Notes: a model not told the origin generated them from the sequence alone. DNA of 64,000 nucleotides from an uncultured Bacteroidales bacterium (GCA_946415475.1 CAMKSQ010000004.1:898-64897); one strand, 5' to 3'. Shown: positions 8,656-18,565, counted from the first letter of the stretch. Made by a program: numbers and translations.

Positions 8656-10176
8656 TTAGTTTTTGTAGCCGCCTTCCGCTTTCCGGAGACTGGCGGCGGT
8701 CATTTGCAATTCAATGCCTGCGTCAATATATTCGCTGTGGGCGCTGAGCCAGGCGGTGTGCGCGCCCAGCACCGTGTTGGTGGCAATGACGCCGGCATCC
8801 AGGCCTACGCGTGCGCTACGGAGGTTGTCTTCCGCCAGGTCCAGGTTGGAGCGGGCCATCTCCACTTTCTGGAGGGCCTCGTCAAAGAGCTTGCGCTGCT
8901 GGGTCACCTGGAGGTTAATCATCTCTTTGGCATCGTCCAGCTGGTCCTGGTACAGACGGGCTTCCGCCTTGGCCTTCTTGTATTTGAACAGGGCCTCGCC
9001 GCCGTGGGTGATGGGAATTTTCACCATGACGCCGGCGCTCAGGTTGCCGCCCTGCCACTGGTTCTGGAAGCCGTTGTAGACATTGGGGTTGGAAACGGTG
9101 AAAGCGCCCATGAGGGCCACGGTGGGCATGAGGTCTGCGCGCACCACTTTGGCTTTCTTGTCAAAGATTTTGGTGGCCAGGGTGAGGCTGCGGGTCTCCG
9201 GGCGGGACTCATAGATGTCTTCCAGGCTCTTTTCCACCGGGCGGCCGGGTTCCGGAATCACGTCCAGGGTTTCATCGGCAAGGACAATGGCACTGTCCAG
9301 CGGAAGGCCGATGCGCTTGCACAGGAGCATCTTGGAAAGGGTGAGGCCGTTGGTGGCCTTGGTGAGCATCATGCGGGCCTCGTTGGCTTTTACGCGCACC
9401 TGCAAGAGGTCGCTTTCCGTGGAGACGCCTGCATTGACAGCGGTTTGCACGTCTTTTTCCATCTCTTCCAGGAGCTCCACATAGCTCTCCGCCAGTTTCT
9501 TTTTGTTGGCGATGGAGATAATCTGCCAGTAGGCCTGGTCCACGTCCAAAAGGACATCGGCCTCCTTCATGTCATATTTGGCCTCCGAAAGCTGCTGGGC
9601 CAGCACGGCCATCTGGTTGCTGTAGATGATTTTACCGCCCACGAACACCGGCTGCTGCACGGTGATGGCACCCACCCAGATGTTGTGCAGGTTCGGGTGC
9701 AGGGCGTTGTCAATGTCCTGGCCGATGGCGTTGATGGGGGTGGCGATGTCCGGCAGGTTGGGATTGGCGCGAAGGGCCTCCAGCAAGCGTGTGGCTACCT
9801 CCCGGGTAAGGTCTCCCTGGATGTTGTCGGCGCCGCCTTGCAGGTAATCCCAAAAGGCATTCTGCACGTTGGTGCCGGCATTCCGGAGCCGGTTGCTCTG
9901 GTCCTCGTTGAGGAGGGCCACGTCGCGGTTGTTATATACGTAGGCGCCGGTGGCGCTGATTTTGGGGAAATAGTTGGCCATGGCAATTTTGCGGTCATAG
10001 CCGGCCATTTCCGTCTCGATGCGGGCCTGGTCCAGCGCTTTGCTTTCCTGTACGGCCATCTGGCGGCAGTCATCCAGGTTGAGCACCTGCCCGTGGTAAG
10101 TGGCCGGAGCCGGATTCTGCGCCCCAACTGACAAAGTGGCAAATGTCAGGGCCCAAATTAACATACTTCTTCTCAT
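8656..10176 (-). CDS. TolC-family outer-membrane efflux protein
   Basis: 506-aa ORF with a signal peptide and duplicated TolC-type helical/barrel repeats. It is the first gene of the efflux operon. Confidence 0.88.
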   Translation of the reverse strand: MRRSMLIWALTFATLSVGAQNPAPATYHGQVLNLDDCRQMAVQESKALDQARIETEMAGYDRKIAMANYFPKISATGAYVYNNRDVALLNEDQSNRLRNAGTNVQNAFWDYLQGGADNIQGDLTREVATRLLEALRANPNLPDIATPINAIGQDIDNALHPNLHNIWVGAITVQQPVFVGGKIIYSNQMAVLAQQLSEAKYDMKEADVLLDVDQAYWQIISIANKKKLAESYVELLEEMEKDVQTAVNAGVSTESDLLQVRVKANEARMMLTKATNGLTLSKMLLCKRIGLPLDSAIVLADETLDVIPEPGRPVEKSLEDIYESRPETRSLTLATKIFDKKAKVVRADLMPTVALMGAFTVSNPNVYNGFQNQWQGGNLSAGVMVKIPITHGGEALFKYKKAKAEARLYQDQLDDAKEMINLQVTQQRKLFDEALQKVEMARSNLDLAEDNLRSARVGLDAGVIATNTVLGAHTAWLSAHSEYIDAGIELQMTAASLRKAEGGYKN

Positions 10177-10262
10177 AGCTGTCTAAAAACCTGTTTTACA
10201 GGGTCGGCGCCTAATGCTGCAAAAAGTTTGCCACGGGGGCCGATTACGAGAAATTTTGGTGT

Positions 10263-11009
10263 TTATCGGCCCAAAAGGGCGGCGCACTGCTGCTGGGCCT
10301 GTTCCAGCTGGTCGAATTTGCCCACGTCCACCAATTGCAGGTCCTCTGCCAAAATGCCATAGATGGGCTCCTTGTGGCAGGTTTTCAGGTAAAAGTCCAT
10401 GATGGGGAAACGGCCGGTAAAGCCCCATTCCTCAAAATGCGGGAAAATGCGGGGCGAGAGGTTGTGGATGCCGGAAAAGGCGTATTTGCGGCAGGCCGAC
10501 GGGTCCAGGCGGGGGTAGGGGGAACGGACCTCGCCGGTCTCGTTGTCCATCCAGCCCATCAGGCGCATATCGTCCCCGAAAAGCAGGTTCCGGCGGGTTT
10601 TCCGTTCGCTTACTACCAGGGTGGCCAGGGCGTCCGGGCGTGTTTGCCGCTGTACCCATCCCAGGTCCAGGTTGGAGACGATATCTACGTTGTGCACCAG
10701 GAAGGGCTCCTCCGTGGGCAGGATGTGCTCTTTTGCATGGAGGATGCCGCCGCCGGTTTCCAGGAGGGCCTCGCTTTCGTCGGAAATGGCAATGGGAATG
10801 CCCCAGTTACGGGAGGCAATATAGGCACGGATTTGTTCCGGGAAATGATGTACGTTTACGGTGAGCTGGGTGTAGCCCGCCGCTTTGAGTTTTTGGATGA
10901 CATGGTACAGGAGCGGTTCCCCGCACACGGGGACCAGGGCCTTGGGCAGGGTGTCGGTGATGGGCTTCAGGCGGGTGCCGAGCCCGGCTGCAAAGATGAG
11001 TGCCTTCAT
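10263..11009 (-). CDS. murU: N-acetylmuramate-1-phosphate uridylyltransferase-like nucleotidyltransferase
   Basis: 248-aa ORF. MKALIFAAGLGTRLKPITDTLPKALVPV is the NTP-transferase G-loop. The protein aligns along its length with Pseudomonas MurU as I recall it, and sits immediately downstream of the AmgK-like kinase. Confidence 0.8.
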   Translation of the reverse strand: MKALIFAAGLGTRLKPITDTLPKALVPVCGEPLLYHVIQKLKAAGYTQLTVNVHHFPEQIRAYIASRNWGIPIAISDESEALLETGGGILHAKEHILPTEEPFLVHNVDIVSNLDLGWVQRQTRPDALATLVVSERKTRRNLLFGDDMRLMGWMDNETGEVRSPYPRLDPSACRKYAFSGIHNLSPRIFPHFEEWGFTGRFPIMDFYLKTCHKEPIYGILAEDLQLVDVGKFDQLEQAQQQCAALLGR

Positions 11010-11010
11010 G

Positions 11011-12441
11011 CTACAGTGTTTTTTCTATCTTGCGCTCCCGGTGGGTCACAACAATTTTTAGGTCGAATTTGGCGGCCAGATGCGCGGCCAGGTGCTCTGC
11101 GCAGTATACGGAACGGTGCTGGCCGCCGGTGCAGCCAAAGCTCACCTGGAGGTGGGTGAACCCGCGCTCCTGGAAGCGCCGGACATGGGCATCGACCAGT
11201 TTATATACGCTCTCCAGGAAGGTGGTGACTTCGCCGTCTTCTTCCAGGAACTGGATGACGTCGGCGTCCATGCCGGTGGAGTTGCGGTAGCGTTCGTACT
11301 TGCCGGGATTGTGGATGGCGCGGCAGTCGAAGACATACCCGCCGCCGTTGCCGGTAGGGTCCTCCGGAACGCCTTTTTTGAGGGAGAAGCTGTAAATGTG
11401 CACCAGCAGTTTATCGGCCTGCTCCGGCACTTTCTCCTGGAATTGGGGCAGGGCGGTGATTTGCTCCAGCAGGCTGTTCAGGTAGGGATAGTCCGTGAAG
11501 GGCTTTTTAAGCAGGCCACGCAGGTTGTCCATGGCCGGGGGAATGCTGGAGATGAACTGGGCTTTGCGCTCAAACAGGCCCCGGAAGCCGTAAGCCCCCA
11601 GCACTTGCAGGGTGCGGAACAGCACAAACAGACGCAGGCGGCTGTAAAAATGCTCCGGGTCGATTTCCTGGTAAGGCTGCAGGGCCTTCAGGTAGGCTTC
11701 CAGCAACCGTTGCCGGGTGGCCTCCGGGAAGCGGGAACGGGCCTGCCACACGAACGAGGCTACGTCGTAATAGATGGGACCGCGCCGGCCTCCCTGGAAG
11801 TCAATGATCCAGGGTTTTCCGTCTTTGACCATGATGTTTCTGGCCTGGAAGTCCCTGTGCATGAAGGTGTTGCTCTCTTCCAGCAGAAGGTTTGCTTTAA
11901 GCCTTTCAAAATCGTCCTGCAGGCGTTCCTCGTTGAACTCCAGGCCGGTGGCTTTGAGGAAACAGTACTTGAAGTAGTTGAGGTCAAAGTCTACCATGCG
12001 GGCGTTAAACGCCTCATACATGCACTGCTGCCAGTCCAGCCCTTCTGCACCCGCAAACTGCAGGCGTGGGAGTTCCTCCAGGGCTTGGCACAGCAGCCGG
12101 GTTTCTTCCTCGTTGTAGGAGCCCTTTTCCCGTCCGGGGGCCACCAGTTCAAACAGGCCAGTTGTTCCCAGGTCCTCCTGCAGGTAGGTCATCTGGTCCT
12201 CGCTCACGGCCACAACCGCAGGAACGGGCAGCCCTTTTTCCCGGAAATGGCGGGAAAGATAGATGAAGGCCCTGTTTTCTTCCAGATTGTTGCCCACTAC
12301 ACCCATCAGGGAGCAGGAAGCGCTTTGCAGACGGAAATAACGGCGGTTGCTGCCAGAGGAGGGCAATTCCTGCATTTGTTCCAGTTTTTGTCCGGTATAG
12401 GATTCAAATAAAGGGCGTAAAACGTGTTCCGGCATAGCCAT
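11011..12441 (-). CDS. amgK: AmgK-like anomeric sugar kinase (APH fold) fused to a RapZ C-terminal-like domain
   Basis: The N-terminal ~340 aa form a kinase fold (HRDFQARNIMV...IDFQGG). The C-terminal ~130 aa (GGGYVFDCRAIHNPGKY...VSFGCTGGQHRSVYCAEHLAAHL) align with the E. coli RapZ C-domain (DYVFDVRFLPNPHW...IGCTGGKHRSVYIAEQLA). Start is taken at ATG 12441 (MAMPEH); the ORF-track start at 12492 is less likely. Confidence 0.8.
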   Translation of the reverse strand: MAMPEHVLRPLFESYTGQKLEQMQELPSSGSNRRYFRLQSASCSLMGVVGNNLEENRAFIYLSRHFREKGLPVPAVVAVSEDQMTYLQEDLGTTGLFELVAPGREKGSYNEEETRLLCQALEELPRLQFAGAEGLDWQQCMYEAFNARMVDFDLNYFKYCFLKATGLEFNEERLQDDFERLKANLLLEESNTFMHRDFQARNIMVKDGKPWIIDFQGGRRGPIYYDVASFVWQARSRFPEATRQRLLEAYLKALQPYQEIDPEHFYSRLRLFVLFRTLQVLGAYGFRGLFERKAQFISSIPPAMDNLRGLLKKPFTDYPYLNSLLEQITALPQFQEKVPEQADKLLVHIYSFSLKKGVPEDPTGNGGGYVFDCRAIHNPGKYERYRNSTGMDADVIQFLEEDGEVTTFLESVYKLVDAHVRRFQERGFTHLQVSFGCTGGQHRSVYCAEHLAAHLAAKFDLKIVVTHRERKIEKTL

Positions 12442-12495
12442 TTCAAATAATTTCGTAAAGTTACCCACAAAAAGGGGAAAAAGCAAAAACAATCC

Positions 12496-12527
12496 TTTGC
12501 GTTTTTAGGTCGTTTTTCTTATTTTTG
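12496..12527 (+). promoter_or_regulatory. Bacteroides-type promoter
   Basis: TTTG 12496-12499, a 20-nt gap, TATTTTTG 12520-12527; ATG at 12557. Confidence 0.65.
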
Positions 12528-12556
12528 CACATTACAAAAGAGAAACAAGGTATCAA

Positions 12557-13399
12557 ATGAAAAAACTGTCGCTTCTTATCGCCTCGCTCATAGTCTGCCT
12601 GGCAGCCAATGCCCAGAGCCCCATCAAGAAAATCATGGAACGTTTTGATGATCCTGAAAGAGGGCATTCGGTGTTCATTGAAAAGGGTTCCCGTACCATG
12701 GGTATTTCCGGCTCCTACCGTAATTTACGGGCAGGTGGTACGGAGGCGGGCGACGGGTTCAGCATCCTGTCGCTCCTAAACATGGGTAGCGGACAAGCGC
12801 ATATCTGGAGGGTGGCGCCCAAATTTAACTGGTTCCTTGCAGATGATTTTGCCCTGGGAGTCCGGTTGGAATATAGCGGATATAGGGTAGATACAGACCT
12901 CCGTCTGGATTTGACTAACGTGCTTGGAGAGTTCGTGGGCCCTGAGGATAAGGAAGCTCTCAATGTGACAATCTCCAACCGGCATTGGCACCAGCACTCG
13001 GGCGGCTTTGCCGTTACGGCCCGTAAATACTTGTCCTTCTTTGGCAGTAAAACTTTTGGTGTTTTTGGCGAAGGCATGCTTTTTGCCCGTTACGCCGCAA
13101 CCACTTCCTATCCCATCCCTAAAAATGGCGAAGAGCTAACCCAACGCCGTTTTAACCAAGGCATTGGGGTTGGTCTCAAGGGAGTGGTTGGATTGGCTGT
13201 TAAACTGCGCGAAGGCAGTCTCATCACTGCAGGAATTCCTATTGTTGGCATAGAGTATAGTTATACCCTGCAGGACAAGAAGAAGAATGACATACCAAAC
13301 AAAGCGTCCATGTCCTCCTTCAAGATTGCCCGCGACTTGGATCTGATCGGTATCCAGATTGCCTATTCCCGCGTAATCGCCCCCAAGAAGAAGAAATAG
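12557..13399 (+). CDS. putative outer-membrane beta-barrel protein, function unknown
   Basis: 280-aa ORF with signal peptide MKKLSLLIASLIVCLAANAQ and alternating beta-strand-like segments. No family recognised. Confidence 0.65.
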   Translation: MKKLSLLIASLIVCLAANAQSPIKKIMERFDDPERGHSVFIEKGSRTMGISGSYRNLRAGGTEAGDGFSILSLLNMGSGQAHIWRVAPKFNWFLADDFALGVRLEYSGYRVDTDLRLDLTNVLGEFVGPEDKEALNVTISNRHWHQHSGGFAVTARKYLSFFGSKTFGVFGEGMLFARYAATTSYPIPKNGEELTQRRFNQGIGVGLKGVVGLAVKLREGSLITAGIPIVGIEYSYTLQDKKKNDIPNKASMSSFKIARDLDLIGIQIAYSRVIAPKKKK

Positions 13400-13405
13400 T
13401 CCCGG

Positions 13406-14254
13406 ATGGAATACCAGAAAATCAATTTGGACAACTATGTCCAGACAGGTGAGGGTGGAACAGCCCTCACTTATAGTAATAAGGCCGGCAATACGCTCGT
13501 AAAACTGTTTTCTCCCGGTATGGGGGCAGAGAATGCGGCGCGTGAGTTTCTGGTGAATCAGGTGGTATACCGCCTGGGTGTTCCCACGCCGGAACCCCTT
13601 CGGCTGGTAACGGACGGGGAACGCTATGGCGCCGAGTATGAACTCATTCCCGAAAAACGTTCCTTCACGCGCATCATCTCCGAGGAACCCGAGCAGCTGG
13701 AACCGCTTACGCTGCGTTTTGCCCGGCTGGCCCGGCAGCTGCACCAAACCCCGGCCGATACAGCCATTCTCCCGGACATGCGGGAACTGGTGCGCTACCA
13801 TATCGGCCGATACGAAGCTCTGCCCGAGGAACTCAAGGAGCGCCTGCTGGCGAAGCTTGCCACCATCCCTACGCAGGCGGTCTGCCTGCACGGGGATTTG
13901 CATATTGGCAATATCATTACCGACGGCACGCGGAACCTTTGGATCGATGTGGGCGATTTCGCGTACGGCTGTCCGGAGTGGGACCTGGGCATGACGTATT
14001 TTGCCTTCCAAAGCATGTCGGAGGCGCGTGCACAGAGTATTTTCCACCTGAGCACAGAAACCCTCAAAAAGCACTGGGCCCTTTTTGCCCGTGCCTATTG
14101 GAACACGGAGGATGCCGCGGAAATCGCCGCCCGTGAACGTGCCCTGGCGCCCTATATCGCCCTTAAGCTGGCCGCCATGGTCAGTAAACTACATAACGGA
14201 AAAGGGCCCGTTTCCGAGCCCTTCTTAAAAGCTATTAGCGCTTATCTGCGATAG
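13406..14254 (+). CDS. aminoglycoside-phosphotransferase-fold kinase (APH family)
   Basis: 282-aa ORF with catalytic-loop HGDLHIGNII and metal-binding WIDVGDF motifs. It is a paralog of 18566-19420. Confidence 0.8.
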   Translation: MEYQKINLDNYVQTGEGGTALTYSNKAGNTLVKLFSPGMGAENAAREFLVNQVVYRLGVPTPEPLRLVTDGERYGAEYELIPEKRSFTRIISEEPEQLEPLTLRFARLARQLHQTPADTAILPDMRELVRYHIGRYEALPEELKERLLAKLATIPTQAVCLHGDLHIGNIITDGTRNLWIDVGDFAYGCPEWDLGMTYFAFQSMSEARAQSIFHLSTETLKKHWALFARAYWNTEDAAEIAARERALAPYIALKLAAMVSKLHNGKGPVSEPFLKAISAYLR

Positions 14255-15245
14255 CCTGGTCAATGGCGTTCAGCTCTTCCTGGCTGAAAGCAGTATTTTC
14301 CAGGGCCTTGAAGTCGTCTTCAAGCTGGGAAACACGGCTGGCGCCCACAATGACGCTGGTGACCCGGTTATCCTTGAGGCACCAGGCGAGGGCCATCTCC
14401 GCGAGGGTCTGGCCGCGACGGGCGGCAATCTCGTTCAGCGCCAAAAGGGTTTTTAGCATCTCAGGGGTGAGGGCCGATGACTTGAGGAAGTGCTCCTTAG
14501 CCATGCGGGAATCGGCCGGAATGCCGTCCAGGTAACGGCCTGTCAGGAGGCCCTGCGCCAGGGGAGAGAAGGCAATAAAGCCAACGCCGCTCTGCTTGGC
14601 CTGGTCCAGGATGCCTTCGGTTTCCGGTTCGCGGTTGAGGAGGTTGTATCGGCCTTGATAAATGAGGCAGGGAACATCCCTGTCCTTCAGGTATTTATAG
14701 GAAAATTCCGCAGCCTGGAGCGGGTAATTGGACAGGCCCACATAGAGGGCTTTTCCGGCCCTTACAATGTCCACCAGGGCCTGCATGGTTTCTTCCAGCG
14801 GCGTGTTGGGGTCATAGCGGTGGGAGTAGAACAGGTCCACGTAGTCCAGGTTCATGCGCCTCAGACTATGATCCAGGCTGGCCATGAGGTATTTGCGGGA
14901 ACCCCATTCGCCATACGGGCCGGGCCACATGTCGTAGCCGGCTTTGGAGGAGATGAAAAGCTCGTCACGGAAAGGAGCGAAGGACTTTTTCATGATAAGG
15001 CCGAAGGTCTCTTCTGCTGAGCCGTACGACGGGCCATAGTTGTTGGCCAGGTCGAAGTGCACGATACCATGGTCAAAGGCGTAGTGGGCCATCTCCAGGG
15101 AGTTCGCCAGCGGGTTCACGTCGCCAAAGTTGTGCCACAGTCCCAGGGCAATTTCCGGGAGCAGGATGCCACTGCGGCCAGTGCGGCGGAAACGGATGCC
15201 GCTTTCATAGCGGCCGGGGGCGGGGGAGTAGACGGGATTGATCAT
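14235..15245 (-). CDS. aldo/keto reductase (YghZ / Kv-beta-like)
   Basis: 336-aa ORF. GLWHNFG...FDLANNYGPSYGSAEETFG and the overall length match AKR family members such as E. coli YghZ. Confidence 0.88.
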   Translation of the reverse strand: MINPVYSPAPGRYESGIRFRRTGRSGILLPEIALGLWHNFGDVNPLANSLEMAHYAFDHGIVHFDLANNYGPSYGSAEETFGLIMKKSFAPFRDELFISSKAGYDMWPGPYGEWGSRKYLMASLDHSLRRMNLDYVDLFYSHRYDPNTPLEETMQALVDIVRAGKALYVGLSNYPLQAAEFSYKYLKDRDVPCLIYQGRYNLLNREPETEGILDQAKQSGVGFIAFSPLAQGLLTGRYLDGIPADSRMAKEHFLKSSALTPEMLKTLLALNEIAARRGQTLAEMALAWCLKDNRVTSVIVGASRVSQLEDDFKALENTAFSQEELNAIDQAIADKR

Positions 15246-15293
15246 GGGGTGTTGGTTTCTTGGGTCAAATATAATGAGTTTATTGGAATTATG

Positions 15294-15325
15294 TTTGATT
15301 TTCTCGCAAACAATCTTTAATTTTG
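15294..15325 (+). promoter_or_regulatory. Bacteroides-type promoter
   Basis: TTTG 15294-15297, a 20-nt gap, TAATTTTG 15318-15325; ATG at 15355. Confidence 0.65.
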
Positions 15326-15354
15326 ATAGTCTTTGGATTTAAAGCACTTTTACT

Positions 15355-16221
15355 ATGAAACTGGATGGAAGACGCGAAAGCACGCATGTAGAAGACCGCA
15401 GAGGTCTGAGTGGTGGCAGCAAGGCCGGTCTGGGCCTGGGCGGCATTGCCATCGTTGCCATTATTACCCTTTTGATGGGCGGGGATCTGGGCGATGTTTT
15501 TAGGAACGTGGCTTCTTCCGGCGGCATGCAGTCGGCGGTAGAAACCTCCTATGAGCCCACGGCAGAGAACGAGGCCCTGGCCAAATTCTCCCGCCAAATC
15601 CTGGCCTCCACAGAGGACGTATGGGGCAACTATTTCATGGACAACGGGATAGGCACGTACAAAGCCCCCACGCTGGTGCTCTATACCGGTTCCACCAGCA
15701 CCGCCTGCGGGCAGGGCCAGGCCGCCATGGGGCCGTTCTACTGCTCGGCCGACGAAAAACTGTACATAGACCTTTCCTTCTTTTCCAGCATGAAACAGCA
15801 GCTGGGGGCCGATGGCGACTTTGCCTACGCGTATGTGATTGCCCATGAGGTGGGCCACCACGTCCAGCACGTGCTGGGCACGCTGGATCAGGCGCACAGC
15901 CAAATGGGCCGCATGAGCAAGGCGCAGGCCAACCGTGTGAGCGTCCGCATAGAGCTCCAGGCCGATTTTTACGCCGGCGTGTGGGCCCATTACGAGGGCG
16001 CCCTGTTTGGCTCGCTGGAAGACGGCGACCTGGAAGAGGCCATCCGCTGCGCTTCCGTGATTGGTGACGATTATCTGCAAAAGAAGGCCCAGGGTTACGC
16101 CGTGGAGGAGTCCTTCACCCACGGTACTGCCGCACAGCGCATGCGTTGGCTCAAGAAAGGCATGGAAACCGGTGACATCCGCCGCGGCAATACCTTCGAG
16201 CTGAGCGACAACCAGCTATAG
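15355..16221 (+). CDS. ypfJ: YpfJ-family neutral zinc metallopeptidase
   Basis: 288-aa ORF with N-terminal RRESTHVEDRRG, one TM and an AHEVGHHVQ zinc motif. Confidence 0.85.
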   Translation: MKLDGRRESTHVEDRRGLSGGSKAGLGLGGIAIVAIITLLMGGDLGDVFRNVASSGGMQSAVETSYEPTAENEALAKFSRQILASTEDVWGNYFMDNGIGTYKAPTLVLYTGSTSTACGQGQAAMGPFYCSADEKLYIDLSFFSSMKQQLGADGDFAYAYVIAHEVGHHVQHVLGTLDQAHSQMGRMSKAQANRVSVRIELQADFYAGVWAHYEGALFGSLEDGDLEEAIRCASVIGDDYLQKKAQGYAVEESFTHGTAAQRMRWLKKGMETGDIRRGNTFELSDNQL

Positions 16222-16222
16222 C

Positions 16223-17425
16223 ATGAAAAAGAGGTTGACTTTCAAAAAGATAGACTGGCAGGATTTCTTTATCTCTGTCATAGGAACCGCCATCGGCATA
16301 GCAATCACCTTTATCGTGGACGGCATGCTGGAGCGCCGGAACAAGGCGCAAGCCCAGCGGCTCACGGCCATCATGGTCATTCATGACATAGACAATACCG
16401 TAGATATCGTCAAAGAAAAGAGGGAGGAAGAAGAGCGGAATGGCGAATTGCTGCGTTACATCCTAAAGCAAAAGGACCATCTGGAAGGGGTCCCGTACGA
16501 CACGCTCACCAGCGTTCTGGGCATTCTGGCCGATTCCCGTTCAGAATTTAGCTTCGATACATCCAAGGAGAAGATTTTCAATAGCGACCTGGATACCTGG
16601 CAGAATCTGGGCAACATGGCGTTTCTGGACAATGTTCAGACCTTCTATCATTACAGGCAAGGGGCTCAGGAGGGCATGAATGAGTCCACAATGTGGCAAA
16701 GACCCATTTCCAACGAGGAGTACATGCAATTAATCATGCGTGGCGGATGGGTAACGAAGGAAGCGTTTGCTGCCGCCATACAGCCCTTCCTCAAAGAGAA
16801 ACTCCAGGATAAAAGGGTCGTCTATTACATCAATGTTTCCTCCAGCAGGCTGGACTATCTTACACAATTGATTGACTATTGGACCGGCCTGAACGACGAG
16901 AACAAGTTCCTGATGGGCATCACGGACCAGGAGCTGGAAGACTATGTCAAGAATATCAATAAGAAGGGTGTTCCTTTGAACCGGTCCAAACTGCTGGGCC
17001 ATTGGGTTATGACCATTGGGGAACAAACCAACGAATACGACTTCCATGCCGACCACAGCTATGACTTTGCCGTGGACTATGCCTCTGCTTTCAGACGGAT
17101 GCAGTTCTTCTCCGGCAGGCTGAAGATAACGCTCTCCTATTCTGGCGAATGGGCTTTCCAGGGCGATTCACTGGCTCTGACCCCCGACTACAATACGGTA
17201 GATCTGAGCGTGGATCCGAGCGGGCTGGTTCCGGAAGAGAACATGCAGGATAGCCTGGACGCCTGGGTAAACAGGTACCGGGAGCAGTCCATAAACAGCT
17301 TCAAGGAAATGGCGGACAAAGGGGAAAAACGCGCTTTCAAAGCCAGCGTGGATTCTTCCAACGACAAAATGGAATGGACCGGTCCCGATGGTGCCGTGCG
17401 TTACCTGAAACGGAAAAGGGAGTAG
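16223..17425 (+). CDS. membrane-anchored protein of unknown function
   Basis: 400-aa ORF starting 2 nt after the ypfJ stop, with one N-terminal TM (FFISVIGTAIGIAITFIVDGML). No recognisable domain, and visibly less GC-rich than its neighbours. Confidence 0.65.
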   Translation: MKKRLTFKKIDWQDFFISVIGTAIGIAITFIVDGMLERRNKAQAQRLTAIMVIHDIDNTVDIVKEKREEEERNGELLRYILKQKDHLEGVPYDTLTSVLGILADSRSEFSFDTSKEKIFNSDLDTWQNLGNMAFLDNVQTFYHYRQGAQEGMNESTMWQRPISNEEYMQLIMRGGWVTKEAFAAAIQPFLKEKLQDKRVVYYINVSSSRLDYLTQLIDYWTGLNDENKFLMGITDQELEDYVKNINKKGVPLNRSKLLGHWVMTIGEQTNEYDFHADHSYDFAVDYASAFRRMQFFSGRLKITLSYSGEWAFQGDSLALTPDYNTVDLSVDPSGLVPEENMQDSLDAWVNRYREQSINSFKEMADKGEKRAFKASVDSSNDKMEWTGPDGAVRYLKRKRE

Positions 17426-17465
17426 GACGTCTGGCCCGTCGCAGCAGAGCTAACTCGTAACTCCT

Positions 17466-18497
17466 TTATTGGCGCACCATCGTGAGGAAGGTCCGTTCCG
17501 TCATTGTTGCGGACTGCACGGCGTCGGTTATGGCCTCTTCCACCAATCTGGCGGAGAGTGCGCCTACGGCATCCAAGCTTGCGGGGACTTTCTCTGGGCC
17601 GACAGAGATAGCATAGACGGTGTCGCCGTCGGCGGTGGTGAAGACCGGGTCGATGCTGCGTGCCAGGCCGGCAGAGGCCATCTGGGCCAGGTGCTTGAGT
17701 TGGGCGGGCGAAAAGTCTCCGTTGGTGAAAACAGCCACCAGGGTGGTGTTGGCCGTGAAAAGATTATCGACAGAAGTTTGGAGCAAGGCTTCGTAGGAGT
17801 CGGCAAAAGTGGAACGGTCCGGGGTGAGCATCCCGGCGATTCTCTTCCCGTGGGAGTAGATGTCTCCATAACTGTTCAGCACAACGGCTACGCCTATCTG
17901 GAGGGAACCCATTTGTGCCGCCGCGTAACCGATCCCGGCTTTCTGGGCCTGCTGCATTCCGGCAGCCTTGCCCACCGTGGCCCCCGTACCGGCGCCGATA
18001 TTGCCGCTGCACGGGCTATTCCCGGTAAATGATGCCTCGCACGCCGCATATCCCATCTTCTCATCCGGGCGGACGGAAGCGCTGCCATAGCCCAGGTCGT
18101 AGATACAGCTCTGGCAGACGATGGGCACTAGGGCGATACCGGTATCAAAGCCGATACCGTGTTCCTCCAGGCAGCGGGTGACACCGCCGGAAGCGGCCAG
18201 TCCATAGGCCGATCCGCCGGAAAAGACCAGGGCATTGAGCGGATGGTTCCGCTCGGGGGCGATGGCTTCTGTTTCCCGCGAGGCCGGACCTCCGCCATAG
18301 ACTTCTACGGCCGCGCGCCCCGCATCCGTAAAGCGGAAGACGGTCACGCCTGTACCCGCTGCGTTATCCTGGGCATTCCCCACACGGACACCCTGAACGG
18401 AAGAAAAAGGGATTCTCTGAGGCCCGGAGACCTGACCGTAAGCCGCCGTGCAGAGTGAAAGTGCGGATCCAAGTAGGGCAGTTAAAATATGACTCAT
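17466..18497 (-). CDS. P1/S58 (DmpA-like) family peptidase
   Basis: 343-aa ORF with a signal peptide. ALVFSGGSAYGLAASGGV and the overall pattern are typical of S58 aminopeptidases. Confidence 0.8.
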   Translation of the reverse strand: MSHILTALLGSALSLCTAAYGQVSGPQRIPFSSVQGVRVGNAQDNAAGTGVTVFRFTDAGRAAVEVYGGGPASRETEAIAPERNHPLNALVFSGGSAYGLAASGGVTRCLEEHGIGFDTGIALVPIVCQSCIYDLGYGSASVRPDEKMGYAACEASFTGNSPCSGNIGAGTGATVGKAAGMQQAQKAGIGYAAAQMGSLQIGVAVVLNSYGDIYSHGKRIAGMLTPDRSTFADSYEALLQTSVDNLFTANTTLVAVFTNGDFSPAQLKHLAQMASAGLARSIDPVFTTADGDTVYAISVGPEKVPASLDAVGALSARLVEEAITDAVQSATMTERTFLTMVRQ

Positions 18498-18565
18498 AAT
18501 GAAATGGCAAGGGTTGTTGGTTTAGTGTTGCGGAAGAAACTCTCCCGGGAAAAACCGCGCAGTAC

